This document shows, piece after piece, positions 11,601 through 26,600 of a DNA stretch of 64,000 nucleotides. Below the pieces are notes generated by a model, which had not been told where the DNA came from, searched no databases, and saw nothing but the letters and a program-made list of their open reading frames with translations. The position numbers and the translations under genes were made by a program. The DNA is from Phoronis australis (Eukaryota > Animalia > Phoronida), in assembly GCA_002633005.1 (NCBI GenBank), contig NMRA01000174.1, positions 530,832 through 594,831 of the forward strand, read 5' to 3'. Numbering within the stretch: the first letter of the stretch is position 1; every line of letters begins with the position of its first letter.

Positions 11601-14600
11601 TGTACTAGGTCATTGACGATGACTGCAATGATGATGATGATGACGATGATGGTGGTGGTGATGATGAGTGTTTGTCACTGAAACATTCACCTAATTTTGA
11701 ACTCCTGTAAGTGATAGCAACTGATGCATTGATACCTTTTCAAATTGTTGGCAGGCTCTGCTTTGAGTGCTGTGGTGGGTGAGAAGGTACTCCCTGCCAG
11801 CAAGTCCATGCAGTTGACGTATCTGAAGAAGAACAAGTATGATGACACAAGTAGGTGCACAGAGCCTCCTGGTGGAGACTGAGGGAACAAAGATGTGTTA
11901 AAGTGCCTGGGAACACCATTTTTCCTGTTTTGACAAGTAACCATAATGAACCTTCTTTAATACTGCTTTATATGATGGTCAAAAATTCAGTTTCCCTAAA
12001 ATGAGAAAATAGACAGTAAGTGCTTTTCATCCTTGATTTCTTGCCAGTCATCCTGGGCGTCATGTTTGCTATTACATAACCGTTACTGTCCCCCATTTAC
12101 CAACTAATGGAGGTCATGGTTTATGTTATGTAATGAGCTGACTGGAGAAAGTTTTTGATGGTTAATGCCATGGAATGACCAGTTGACATACCTTGCTCTA
12201 ACCCACCCATTGTGCCATGAGGGTTGTTTTTTAATCAAAAATGGTGTTTGTGTGCACTTTAATGTCAGTAATACTACTGAATTTTTGCCGTTGCAACATT
12301 GGAAACTCAAAGGGACTGGGTCACATTAATCAGAGTAAATGCAAATTTTACTTAAAAAAACTACCAAATGGTCTGTTTTAAACTTATGACCTGGTAAAGG
12401 AGTGTTTAACTTAGACAGAATCTAACGTGAGAACTGTGCTTGTGTAAAGAATAGAATTAAGTATGCAAAGATTTGATTTAGATGACAAACAGTACTTAAG
12501 ATTTTAACCTAAATTTGACACTCTTGGAGAATTAGATTTCTCTCAAGTCATTCAGCTAGTTCTATTGTGACCATTTATGGTACTGCATTTCTTGACTTCT
12601 TTAAAAGTTTGTGTGGAATAATTCACCATCGTTATTCTGACACACTGAATATGAAAACTGTTTCATTTCTTACATTTTGGGCTTGGAAGGGTTAACCAGT
12701 CTTCATGGGGGCTTAGGATTTTGCGGAGGGTTGTGAATCTAGGGTGTCATTCATACACAATTGGCCTTTTGAAATTGACAAGCAAAAGTGTTTTCTTATG
12801 ACCCCTGCTCTTAATCATACAACTGTCCCAGTTGGACTGTGTAAGTAAACACAGCTTAACAAGGGTTTATGGTCCTGGTTGAGAAGATAATTGTTTTATT
12901 GCCCCCTGTTTGTTTTGGATAGCCAAGCCCGGAATGTAAAGAAGATTGTGAAATTATTTTCTTTATTTTCAACTCCTGACATCAGGTGTGGCAGGTACAA
13001 CTTTGTGATGAGACTTTTGTTTAGTTTTGCATCCGCTGTTTGAATTTTATACGTTTACGGTGCATGGTAGTATGCATGTCACTTTAGTTTAGTTTGGTGT
13101 TGGGTGATTGAGTGTTTTATGTTTATAGGCCTTTTCCCACCAAGTAAAAACGGGTACTAGTGAAGTGAACTTAAACTTTTAAGTTAATTTGAGCTTTCCC
13201 ATTATCTTCAATAGTTAACAGGCACTGGAGTTCACACTAGGTGATATCACCATCAAAATTGTAACAAGATGGAGTTGTTGACTAGAGAAGTGACCCTGCT
13301 GTTAATTTCTGATGGACGCTTAAGTTGCACGTTACAACTGTAGCCATGTGTCAACGCTTTACTGTTTATTGTGAAGTAAACTTTAGCTGTTAGTTTATAT
13401 CCAAGCACGAATTTAGGAATTCCCACTGACCGATACTACTGTACCCTAAACAGCGTAGCACCGACTTTAGTCGGAAAAGTCTTTTTTATGCTTAATAGCA
13501 TGCATGTGATGAGACTTTGGTCTCAATATCCTCTTCCGCTAATACCACAGTGCTCTGTTTTAGTTTGAATTATTTACCCACATTGCTGAGAATCCGCATG
13601 ACTTGGCCCATATTTGTACACTTGGTACTGTGAATAACAGTAATTTGCTTTAAGATTAGTTTGGTAGTTGTCATTATGATGCCATGGCCACAACACCCCA
13701 TGAGGTGGCTATTCTGACTTGGCGTTCTTAAACCCTGTCCTTGACTTGACCTCTTGTGGGATTTGGTGATAATGCTAGTTAACTTTTAGCAACGTATATT
13801 GAAGTATAATGCAGACATAAAAAAATGTAAAGCTGAGTGAGGTGTGATGATCTATTTCTCACTCTTCTGACTCACCTCAGAGGAGTGTTAGCAGGCCTAC
13901 CTTTTGAAACCTACTAGGTCAATTGTGCAATGCGTTTTAGTCACCTCTGTAAAAAGGAGAGCTGATTCTGAGACGTGAGAATGTGGAAATTTGGTGTTTT
14001 CAGTTTACAGTAAACTCAAGATTTCTTGGGACAGAGTTCTGGGGAGATCACTCAGTTGTATATAGCTGTTTGGTAGAATATTCCGTCACAGTGACTGGGC
14101 TTAAATATATTATGGGCTGATATCTAAATTAATTATCCCAACTCTGTAAAGTCCTGAATTGCTGGCTGAGTGCAAAATATAATGACAAGGCTATAGTCAC
14201 TCTGACTAGAGGTCCTATACTGTGGTGACTCATAACTGATTGGCCTGAGTAGTGATGTGTGTGAGCACCATATTCTTCCTTTTCCTGCCAAGCACGATTT
14301 AACATGTTGTGACACTGCTATATGGCATACAACCTACAACTGAATGTGGTAGAGAATACCTTTGTCAGCCTAGCACATTGATGGTCCCAAATTCACAGAC
14401 TCACTTTATCACTGTTCGTCGCATTTCTTTCTCAAATTTGTCGTATTTTGAAGCACCGTTTTAAAATCAATTGTGATGGACTCCAAACTCATGAGTTTTA
14501 CTTGAGACTCTTATAGAAATTGTTGGCGTGGCACTAATGAAGTGAACTTTAAATTTTCATGTGACGTTATTGGTTTAGTTTTGAACGAAGCCTCGAAGTT

Positions 14601-17600
14601 GGTTGTCTTGAGTCCTACATAATACCACTTTAGTATGGAAGAACTGAAGAATGTGATGATTATTTAACAAAGTTTGTTGAAAATAATTTGAATTTTGAAT
14701 GTCATGGTTGACTTTGGGCAGTATTAGACGTAGCCTTGGTGCAAAGCTGTATATTAAATACAATAGTCTTCCACTGAGCTGGGTGGCTGTATTAGACATT
14801 ACATTAGCAGCATACTATACCGCATCATGTCTTGCAGGGCCTGAAAATGACAACTTTGTTGAGGTCCTCACTGATATGCGCCGCAAGCTTCAATGGGTCG
14901 TTGACTTGCCCAGGCATGGGCATGGTACCAGGGAACAGGTTGAAAAGTTGGCGGATTTCCCTCATGCTGATCTTTTGGTAAGCTTTGAAATTTTTTGTGT
15001 GAGCAGTGAAATTTTAAAATTTGTAGCATCTCAGTGACTTTATCAGCGTAGTACTCATCTAAGTTAACACCAGGGGGTGCTAAAACTGGGAAATTTGAAA
15101 ATCAAAGGGTGGGTGTTAAGCCGAGCATGAGTGTTTTAAAAACAAAAATTTTGAGAAGTCAGGGACGTGCACTTTCATAAATGATCATTTCTCAAATGTC
15201 AGTTTTGCCCACAAATATTAATACAGGCAAAAAGAATAACTTCATGTGACCTTCAGTAAAAAGTAAGTATTTTCATGCCTGAATAAGGCAATGTGACACT
15301 GAATATGACTGTAATCCAAAGGTGACTAGTTGCATCTGTTGTGGAATTGAGCTAAAATTCTTATCAGAGGGGTTTTTCCCAAAGACACTGGTATTATCAA
15401 GGAAATATCATTTGAATTGATTGAGGTGTGGGCATTTAAAAGTGAAAATTTTAGTTTGGGTATTAAGCTGAAGATTGGTGTTATATTTAGGATCAATTGG
15501 ATTTTGATGCACACCATAGGTGCTCAAAGACCAATATTTTTCCTTGGTTGGGTAGAGGATATCAGATTCATTGCAATGAGATCAGTTTGAGGCATCATTC
15601 TTTGAAGCAAAACAAGTTTATGTTAGAATCACGTTGTTGCAAGTTTGAACACAATGACAAGTTCCTGGAGGGGATGAAGGGATCTTTGAGGGCCACGGCT
15701 CTAATGAGGTAAAGATTTATTAAACAAATAGAACTTGAATATCGCTACTTGTAAGCTTTCTTGAATGGATAAAGACTGGTTGTGTTTTTAACTGAAAGCA
15801 AAACGAGTATTTTGAGTTTACTTGTTATGACAATCCCCTATTTTCCTGTTGTCATGCAATGTTTTCAATTCAAGTTCTTGCCATGAGTCCTTTAATTTTT
15901 GTATTAGTTTTGTTAAAAGATTTGTCTGAATAAAATTTCATTTTCAATATGATATTGTTGTCATGACTAGCCAGAAGAAGAGACATCTACAGCCACGGTT
16001 GGTTTGACAGTCTGTGATTTTGTTTAGTGTTTCCCTTGTGCATGATTCCTGCCTCACTGTCCACTATAAATAAGCGCCATGATTGAAACTGATGCGTAAA
16101 CTTGGAACTGCTATAATATATGTATGTTTTCACGACAACAAGGTTGTGCAGAGTAACTGGTGTGAATAAGCAGTCAGTTGACAAATTTCGTGCTGTCCTC
16201 GTAATTGTCAAATAGAGGGTACATTATCTTGGTAAAAAATGGGAGCCTCAGTATTCACTAGGTGATGTAGTGATGAAGAAAGGATCTTTTTAATGGTAAG
16301 ATTTGAAACAGAACACTGTTGATCAGCATAGATGCATTCATGAGATAAGGTTGACATACTTTACACAGTCAGTCAGTGCCACCTAGTGGGTTTCAAGTTC
16401 CTCATATAGACCTTGCTACGTGCCATTCAAAGGAGGATGTCATTCTTAAGCTGCCATTCAATGATTACCCAAATTGTTTCCATTGAGGTGCTGAAAACAT
16501 CAGATATCCCAATGGTGTTCAGCACTTGCGAAAAACTAAGGGAGATAACTGCTGCAAAGGGGGAATTGAATGGTCTTTTGTTGTGGCCTTCTTTGCTTCA
16601 CCTGCCTGTCAAAGTTTGAAATGCCTGGCTTGAGATTTTAAAACGTTGAAACACAGAAGCTGTTAATATTGAATGATAATTTGTAAAGGGAACAGTTTGT
16701 ATTCTATGGCAAGTAGAGATAATTAAAGAACTGGACCAGGTGAATATCTTTAAAATTTTCTTACGGTATGTTATCTCAAATTGTCTAGTCTATAAAATGA
16801 AAAAATTCAACATTTTGCAAATAATCTGCATGAAGGGAAGGGTTTTCCAAAATATTATCTATACTTTTATTTTTTTTCTGCGATTATATTATGAACGATA
16901 CTGATTTCAGCTCTTTGTCCTAAGCGTGCGCAGACAGTCCAAGCTTTTATGCATAATTGTATTTGTTTGTGACCCACTCCCTTATATGTTAGGCATATGT
17001 ATGCAGTCAGTATTTGCCTAGTGTTTTCATGTATACACCTTAGTCACAAAGTCACCATTTTAAAAGTGAGCCTCTTTTTAGGTTTTAAAAACAATGCTTT
17101 CCCCACTTAATCACAGTGCAAAGCGTGATTTTTTCGCATGCCTTGTTAATATTTATGTCTCAAATGCATTGTTTTTAAACCTAAGAAGAGGCTTACTTTT
17201 AAAACGGGGACTGTGTAAATAAGGTGTATACTACTTTCAGTATATTGAAATGTATCTGTGCTGTATTAAAGGCTTTAGTTGTGTTGTATATGGGACTTGT
17301 AAAGTGTGTTTTGATTGGTGTGAGTTGGCTTTAGTGGTGGTGATCTGTATAAAACAGTCTCAATACATCCTACCTTCGGTAAAGCTTACAACCTAGAATC
17401 AAGTAGGCATTTCGTTTTCACTGTTGTGTAAAGCTGGATTTAGAAGAAGCAGTGTGGCCTAGTGTGATGGTGCCCGCCTTCTTTACTCGAGGTCGTGGGT
17501 TTGAGTCCCACTGGGCCACACTGCTAGACCCTTGAGTCAGGTTTCTAGCTCCTCAGCTCGGTTTTAACTATATATTGATAAAGCACAAAAAATAGTTTCT

Positions 17601-20600
17601 GGTGATCAGCGCAATGGGCCCACATGCGCGGCCTGTGCACGTCTGGTACAATGTGTACCAGTCCGCCTGCAATTATTTTTTAAAGCAGGATTTTGTATAA
17701 AAATGAACCAACCACTGTGTGAATTTAAAGCAGGCATTTCAGAAAGAGAACAATGTGAAAAGAAACTTGTGTGTCTGGTCTTCTCTTTTTAGTTGTTTTT
17801 AGCAGCGATTGCTATGTTTATTTAATTAATGAACCTCTTAATTACGGTATCATTATGTGAATATTTGGTGCTTCAAAATAGGCTGTTCTGGATATGCAAC
17901 ACGAAAGTTACTAAAAGGCCAAATTCTTCATATTTCCTTTCTGTTTTTAGCAAGTGAATCCTGTTGTGAGAGAGGATCCTGGAGAATTCATTTATGCTCT
18001 GCCTCGGGACAGGGCCAATCCAAGAGCTCGTTACAACCCGTATGACCTTCAAGTTGTGTCGGCCAATACGGCGCGACGTTCTAGCATTTACTGGACTGCT
18101 AGTGCATCAATGGTTACAATGGTACGTCTGAAAAGAAGTTAAAGTTGTAGTAACATGAAGAGTTCTTGTATTTAGTTAATGTCATGGGTAAATTAAATTT
18201 GGCCTTGCGCTCTGCATAACAATTTTTAATAACTGATTTTATCTCGTAGTCACTTCAGAAAAGTACAGTCTTATTGAATTTACTCATAAATGCTAGGTGC
18301 TCAAATGGTTTAACTTAGTTGTGACTTATTGCTAATCTGCGATGTGTCATTCGTTAAATTTGAAAAAAGTTATTCAGTGACAGAAGTGGATGCTTAAGAC
18401 AAATTTTCTGACTTAAGCCTTAAAGAGCCACGCAATGCCAAGTAGGTCAAGCTGTAATTATAAATTCCAGTTACTGTAAGTCTTTGTTATCAACAATGGA
18501 CCTTCCTGTTTTAACTATCAACGAACTCCATTCATTCTATGGTTTTATCATGTGTATTTAGCAATAATTTGTAACTTGCTGTATTAACAAACCGAAGCAG
18601 AGGGTTACATCCAAAACTTGAAAAACCACAATGTATGGGGCTTTAAGTCTCTTTTCTTAAGACGTATGTTGTATATCTGCCAGTGTGCTAGCATGTGATG
18701 GTTTTGTATCCTATCTAGGTGGAGGTTGATGAGAGAGGTGAAGAGAACATGACTATGACCCCAGCTTTGCAGTGGCTGTGGGCAAGACGACTTTACTACA
18801 TGATCCACCAAATTCCTGTATTTGTTAAGTTCAGGTGAGCTGAAAATATATACTCATCAGGTCAGTAAGTCTACAGATGTCTGCAAATTCATCATTGATA
18901 TGAACACCATATTGTTGTGTTTAAAAATTTTATGTAACATGTGGGCCAAGGCCTTAAGTGTTGAAATAGATTGATATATGTGACTGTTGTTTTTTCTATC
19001 TTGATGGAATTCCCATTTTTGTAGAATAAGAAAGTTGTCATCGAGCACTGATTGTAGCCTTAGGCAGGACATTACTTGGAGTTTTCCAGCATACTTGAAG
19101 TCATTCAGTTCTTGTCTGCAGCAAAGGGAATGTTGGAGAAAAGCTCCTTCACCAATCTGATTGTGCAGCACCTAAATAATATTTGTGGTGGAACGTTCGC
19201 ATTTTAAGAAAACTGAATGTGAATTAATTCCTTCTTTTGCTGTTGTTCAGGATATGGAAGAGTTTTCAAATGTGGAAGCTGTCTGTGAAGCATGACAAGA
19301 CATCAAGCAGCGTGTAAGTATTACTATGCTCTCCGCTTAGCTTGACATAGATCAACTGCTGTTAAATCATTTGTCAAATTCTTCGTCTGGTTGGTAATAT
19401 GTAGAAAATATGTAAACCAGCGATTCATGCTGATCCTTGTGTTATTTCAGGAAAGTCCTACACAAGCAGTTGTTCATGGCCAATGAAATCCTTCTTGGCT
19501 GTATACTTCATGTGCAAGGCCTCTGTCAAGCTGCCTCGGGTAGTCTTACTGGTCAAGGAACTGGAGATTCAGCCATCACTTTGGTCAAACTGGACAAAAC
19601 GGTCACTCTGACTTTGGCCGACTTTGTCCAGGCACAGCGGGACCAGGGTGCGTTTGCGACGAAACAGCTCAACGCACTTCGACAGCGAATCATTGATCTT
19701 GTGTGGGAATCGTGTGCGGTTAGTAAAATATCCCTGTACTTACTTTGTGGTTGCGTCAGAATGGTTTTCATGTATTTTTTAATAGCCATAGTAAGGTCTC
19801 ATCACTTTTATTTGCAAAAATCAATCTTTTAAAATTTTGTAAGGCTTTGACTGTGGTTGAGAATGCCCACAATTTCTCAAATTATTGTCTGATGGTAAGT
19901 TTAGTGTTGAGCTTAAAAATGGCGAAGCATTTATTTGGCACTACTTACCTTTCATGAAAAAAGTAAAAACTTAAAATTATACTTCTAGTTTAGTTTGTGT
20001 TACTGTCCTAAATTTATGTAAATTTCAAGTACTTTGTATAAAGTTGTATATTATGCATTTATTTATGTTGTAAATGACCTTTCTTCCATGAATTTTTATT
20101 CTCCTTTTTGTCTCTTTGGTGATGGAAGTTTGGTGACGCACTCATTTTTCAAAAAGTGTAGAACGTTACTGTTTTCTCATGGATAAATCAACAAGCAAAG
20201 TCTATGGCATGTTATTGTGCACAAGACATGGCAATGATTAAGAGGGCCCTGCATTTTGGGAATCAGTTATCTCCACTGAATAACATGCACCAATGAAACT
20301 GGTTCTCAAAATCCAGGACCCCCTGTAAGTGGCTGTTTCTCAGGACAGAGTAATCCCTTTATGGTATATCGTATAATTATACATAATGAGACTCAATGAT
20401 GTCTTGAGCTTAGATGTGACTTTTAATGGCTGGATTCTGCTATTTGTTTTCTGATGGCACATTTTCCATCACAGACTGTTGCTGAAATGGAGGGAATAAC
20501 GCACGGCATTCGACCTGCGGGTCAGGCAAGCACGATCGCGAAGGCACTCGTAAAAGAGGAAGTTGTGGAGAAGAAGCAACAAAAATGGGACAGGAAGTCA

Positions 20601-23600
20601 AGACTCGCCGCAAAATATGAAAAAGACACCAAGAAAGAAGAAGTGATTGAAGCTGCAGCTCAACCAAAGAGTATGTAATAACAGCCACTGTTCAACATAG
20701 CTGTGATCCTGCAACTAGTGCGTCTCCACATAGCGATAGAGTTATTTGTTTACAAACATATAGTTACACCTGCAGATCAAATGAATCCAATTTGGAATGA
20801 AGTTTGCAGGCATCATACAGTGAAATTACTGTTTGCTTGACTTAACGCCCTTTCAAAATTTTCAAATGCTCATCTTTATAATGCCCATGCTGGGCTTAAC
20901 ACCCACCCCGGCCTGATTTTTGAGTTTCTCAATCTAAGGGCCCTGGGCAGTAACCCGGATGAGTACGGTGCCACTCTTTGTGATAGGTCTTCACTTGTGT
21001 GGCGTAAAAAGCCAATATCTGAAAATATTAGCAGTTAAAAAATGTTTTGTCTTTATCNGGCAATGATTAAAAGGGCCCTGCATTTTGGGAATCAGTTATC
21101 TCCACTGAATAACATGCACCAATGAAACTGGTTCTCAAAATCCAGGACCCCCTGTAAGTGACTGTTTCTCAGGACAGAGTAATCCCTTGATGGTATATCG
21201 TATAATTATACATAATGAGACTCAATGATGTCTTGAGCTTAGATGTGACTTTTAATGGCTGGATTCTGCTATTTGTTTTCTGATGGCACAATTTCCATCA
21301 CAGACTGTTGCTGAAATGGAGGGAATAACGCACGGCATTCGACCTGCGGGTCAGGCAAGCACGATCGCGAAGGCACTCGTAAAAGAGGAAGTCGTGGAGA
21401 AGAAGCAACAAAAATGGGACAGGAAGTCAAGACTCGCCGCAAAATATGAAAAAGACACCAAGAAAGAGGAAGTGATTGAAGCTGCAGCACAGCCAAAGAG
21501 TATGTAATAATACCTGCCACTTTTCAACATAGCTGTGATCCTACAACTAGTGCGTCTCCACATAGCGATAGAGTTATTTGTTTACAAACATATAGTTACA
21601 CCTGCAGATCAAATAAATCCAATTTGGAATGAAGTTTGCAGGCATCATACAGTAAAATTACTGTTTGGGTCCAGGTTAAGACTTATGCTTGGCTTAACAC
21701 CCTTTCAAAATTTTCAAATTCTCATCTTTAGAACGCTCATGCTTGGCTTAACACCCACCCCGGTCTGATTTTTGAGTTTCTCAATCTAAGGGCCCTGGGC
21801 ACTAACCCGGATGAGTATGGTGCCACTCTTTGTGATAGGTCTTCACTTGTGTGGCGTAAAAAGCCAATATCTGAAAATATTAGCAGTTAAAAAATGTTTT
21901 GTCTTTATCTACCTGGCTCATTGTGTTGTGCAGGTACATGTCTATTGTATTTCCAGGTAGAAAAACTGGGACATATCTTTCTTAAGTCATGCTCACACTA
22001 TGAATATGTCTTGCTCTAGATCAACTTGTCTTCATGAACAAGTTGTCCGAGAACAAGTTACCCTACCTCGATAATGTGGGGTTAGTTGACATACGTTTGT
22101 CCAGGTGGCCTAGTGCAAATAATGTCCCCACTACTCATAACATGAAATAGCCGTGGTGCAAACTCGGGGACTTCTGGGTCTATAATATGGAACACTCTCA
22201 TGGATTTGAATAGGCTGTTGCCCTCTCACATTGTTTGGGTTGTTTTCCTGAAAACGAACGTCTTAATTCATTAAGAAACTCATCAGCTTAATATGTACAT
22301 CCATCGAACAAAGAGTTGTGGTTGCTCAGGAATTTCGACCAGCCCGAGTTGGCGTGCTGGCTACTACGGACAGTTTATCAAATAGCATTATGTAGTAAAC
22401 CTAGTGACAGCTTGATCCAGGAGTAAATTGTTCTAGTGTAACTCTTAGCGTGTGTGACACTTTACAGTTCAGCATATACCCTTCATGCTACGTTTTCATC
22501 ATACAGGTACACGTCCACTGTACGCCCAAGTAGCCGAGTGGAGGCGGATCCTTGTCCGCCTCTCGCAGTTCTTGAAAACCATTGATTACATCCTGATTGA
22601 CTTTCTTCGGAGATTAGTCAGAACGTCTGTAAAGTCTCTGCTTGACTTTCTGTCTACCTCACAGAATACACTTGATGCAGAGGTATGACTACTGTTTGTT
22701 TTGGGCATAACTTTGACGCCAAGTTTGTGTTTACTTATTAAATGAAATATTGATGGTTTTCATTTTGTTAATCTATAGATTACATAATTTATTTTCCCAA
22801 AAGATGAAAAACTGATTTGATATAATGTTGAAGTGACCATTAGAAAACCCTCCCATTTGGTTTCAACTCCACACAACATTAGCTTCTAAATTGAGGCTTG
22901 TCCAAACATCAACTTAGTCCATTGTTAAGCATTGTCAGTTTTTTTGTCCGGTATAACGACTGTTGGTCAATTATCTACCCCGGTTTAAATAGTCACTAAA
23001 ACTATTCATCTATGGATACCAAAGAAGCGAGACCTAATGCATCTGTCTTGGCTATTTCTTGTAAAAAACGACCCGAACTTGATTTTTTACAAGGAATCCA
23101 ATTTCCGAGGCCAAACAGATCAAAAAGTCACCAGTTTTAGTCCATGATATATCAATTAATTTTGGCCAGTGTTTAATTACTGTGAAGCCGTCGCTATTGC
23201 ACTACTTGCTCTACTACACACAATGGGACATTAGATTATATTCTATGATAAATAGGCCTCTTGACGGCAGTGGGAATTGTACAAATCTTTTGACAAAGTA
23301 CAAGGTGTTGTGAAATGGGACAAATTTCTAATTTTACTAAAATATTTGAACAAACAAAAGCATTGATGGTTTTGAAGTGCAACATTATTGGACTTACTTC
23401 TATCGTCTTCAAGCTACTACATTGTACTGAGAAATGTCACTTCAAATATTATTATACATTTGTGCTATGTCACCTAGAATAGACTGACAAAATATGGTTT
23501 AGACTGACTTTTATTAAATATATTATCATCAGGTTTACATATGAATTGCATGCACAGTTTTATGTGGAATAGTCTGATATAAGGTGCCCGCATTTTGAGA

Positions 23601-26600
23601 ACCATTTTTTTCCACTGAATAACGGGCATCAACTGGTTCTCGAAACGCGGCAGACTACTGTGATTTTATGTCTTTAGAAATAAATTACTATCCTTTGCAT
23701 GTCTGAACATGAATTCAGGAAGATGAAGATGACGACATCTCACTAGATTCAGATGATGAGTCGAACACATACAGTCGCGCTGCTACCACTCCGTAAGTAT
23801 TAGGCAAACATTAATAAGATTTCTGCAAAATTGTCAAGAAATGGTTTGTGTCAAGACTGTACAGTAAACAAGTCTTCCTTGCAAAAACTTCTTCTCTTAG
23901 ATGTCTTGGGTACACTTAATTTAAAAGTAAATTTCTTTTCGCAACATTTCAATACTGTTAATAGTATCTATTGAACTTTTACTAATTTTTCCATTCGTGT
24001 TTTGCACATAGCTGCAAGCTCACTGTAATCTTTACAATGGCTGCAATTGATTGACTTCCATGGATCCACCGTGTCAACCAGCTAAAACATCTGATTGTAA
24101 GCCAGGAGTCGTCATAGGCAGCCAATCAGATGTCTTTTCTCGTTGACTTGGCAGAACTGGTGAAATCAATCTAGTGTGGCCTGTGATGTCACTAAAATCA
24201 AATAATGTTGTTAAATTGTATTATTTTTTCTAATATGTCTTTGTACATTTCTATTGAATTACATTAATTATGAATTGTGTATAAAGCGTCATAGATAGAC
24301 TGCTGTGTTCTATACACACTGGAAGAATCTTTTACAATCATTTTCAATCTCTTAAAATCAAAAACTTGATTCTCTCTCTTATTATTCATGTAGTGTTGGT
24401 GTGTGTACTTAATCTCATTTCCTTTCATTCTGTTGCTATAAATAATCATAGGAAAAAGAAAAGGTAAGGAGTTAGTTCCCCTGATTCCCTTGATGGCCAT
24501 CATGGCATGGCTTTGTTTCAAGCATTAGTCACACTGAGTGGGAGGACTTTTGAGGTGTTTGACCACAACACGTTTTCTTCAGAGTGTCTTAAGATTCATA
24601 ATCGTTTTCTGGAGAATCTTGCACTGATAATTCCATGTCAATGGCTGCCAAAATGATTGTGTCTCTGTGGCAGGTATGTGATGAAAATGCGATGAGGGGT
24701 AAGCAATATTTACCCTAAGGACCAGTTAATAAATCACTCTTAAATTATTTATGGACTATTCTAAGGAATGACTCTCTTAGCAGGACCTTCAACTTTTGAC
24801 ACAGTGGACTCTTCAACAAGAGGCTTAAAATTGTTTAAAATCTTTCTAACAACTTTATCAGCTTACATCATTTCAGTCTTATTTATGGGGAACTCTCCAG
24901 TTGGTTTCCACAGCCATATAATTATTAGATGATAATTGCAGTCCTACAAGCCAAAAGTCCTGTGACTTGGTACCTCTGATGCATTTGCTAGTTTCAGATC
25001 TGATGTCCTTTAGTTGCAGTTTAGTGCTGATGATTCAGTGGAAACCATGGAACTGACCAGTTTGAGTGTTATATTCATCCATTTGGTGGAGGGTGTTTGT
25101 TTACAAGCGAAACCAGTAGTCAAGAATCTTGATTCTTTGATAGTAAAGTGTTTTATATTGACAGTCTCTTGATTGCCAATTCCTGAATGTTTTGTGTTCC
25201 ATTCAAACATTTCTGTTGGCATTCAATTGTTTTCCTTCATTTCATGATTTAGATTCAATAGATGTGCTTTGAAGTCAATATGCAAATCAGGTTTATCTAA
25301 ATTTTTAGTCCAAGTTGTTATGTTTTGTTCTTACTAGACTCATCAAGATTTACGCTTAATAAGTCATTGTAAATGTTTAATTCAGTAGGTAAGTTTTTAT
25401 TATATGAAAAATCACTTGAGTCTATAAAATCATGGTCATAATATTTAAGGTGAGAGGAGGTTAGCAAGTCTGTAAAGTATCAAATGTACCCAGTTACTCA
25501 ATTGCTTATTTGTGTAGAATAAATGTTATGATTATCACTATTATTTGTGTGCAGCACACGAGTTGAGAGCTCTATTGGACCCACCCCCAGTATTCCTGGA
25601 TCAGCGTCTAGTTCTCAACGTCGTCTTAGGAAGCTACAACAGAAGAATAAGCCCAAGGAACCATACGTGATCCCCCAGTACGACTGGGAGGCCATGCCAG
25701 AGAGAACGGAAACACCTGACGTCGACCAGGTATGTGAAAGGCGTATCGTTCAAAAGGCTGAGACCGGTCTGAAAAATTACCGAAGATTTGATTTTCCTGG
25801 TAGAATGTCACGTGTTACTTAATCTTGAGTGCTTGTGACTGTTTTTTAAATTTACTTATGCTCTGTTTTACCTGTTTTGAGTAAGGTTTCTAAAATGACC
25901 CTTACCACCTTTAGTTTGGTTTGTATTTGTGTCCATAAGTTCATACCTTTATCTAAAAACATTTTATTTAATAACTTGAAGTAACTTGATTGTATGGCTA
26001 AATGCTAAGATTACTTACAATCAATAATACTTTCCCTTGTACTTTGTTCTAGTCAAAGACATATATGCAAACATTTTTCAATTGTGGCAGCTGTCACGAA
26101 ACAGATTGAACATTAAGTAGTTGGCGTTTTTGACATCACAGAAAGCCTTTGCAATTATTTTTGTTTGAACTTGAAGAAGGTTTACCATTACCTGTTTGCC
26201 TCACTAGGTGCTTCAAGAGGCTAAACAACAGGGTGAAACCATTGAGGTGGCCAGACCTGTCATCTCAATCCAACTTGTACTCAATGTACCGGACGTACTG
26301 CCCAGCTCCAAGTACAGGCGGAGATCACGCGGACTGTCTCGCCAGATGGACTCTCGTGAATTGGGTAGACATGTCACATTCCCGCATGACAGTGAAGGTA
26401 GTGATGAAGTTCATAAAATTATCAGTCTTTAAAACGTCTTTCATAAAGAACTTGTTGAGCGATATCAGGGGTGTCTTGAGTTTAGCTCAGGTGGTTTGTG
26501 CAGTGGGCCCAACCGTGTACCCTATGCAAAAGACGTCAGAACCCTGCACTCTTTTTTATATATTATCAGTCTATGCATTACCAGTGATAAATTCATTAAC

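Larger units (their letters stand above)
20230..21909 (+). repeat. Tandem near-duplicate 20230-21057 / 21059-21909 joined by N
   Basis: Directly alignable copies; N at 21058. Confidence 0.95.

Noticed and set aside
13129-13143. 15-nt microexon candidate (also 53669-53689, 51688-51700, 54283-54305)
   Set aside because: Weak donors or lengths not divisible by 3; expected by chance.
15660-15708. Exon-like GC-rich segment with GAG|gtaaag donor
   Set aside because: No acceptor gives a stop-free phase 0-0 exon.
17446-17530. tRNA gene
   Set aside because: A and B boxes are present but there is no proper cloverleaf or terminator, and it continues into a SINE-like body.
24583-24673. 91-nt segment with AG and CAG|gtatgt
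   Set aside because: Frameshifting with an immediate stop; could be a poison exon but there is no further support.
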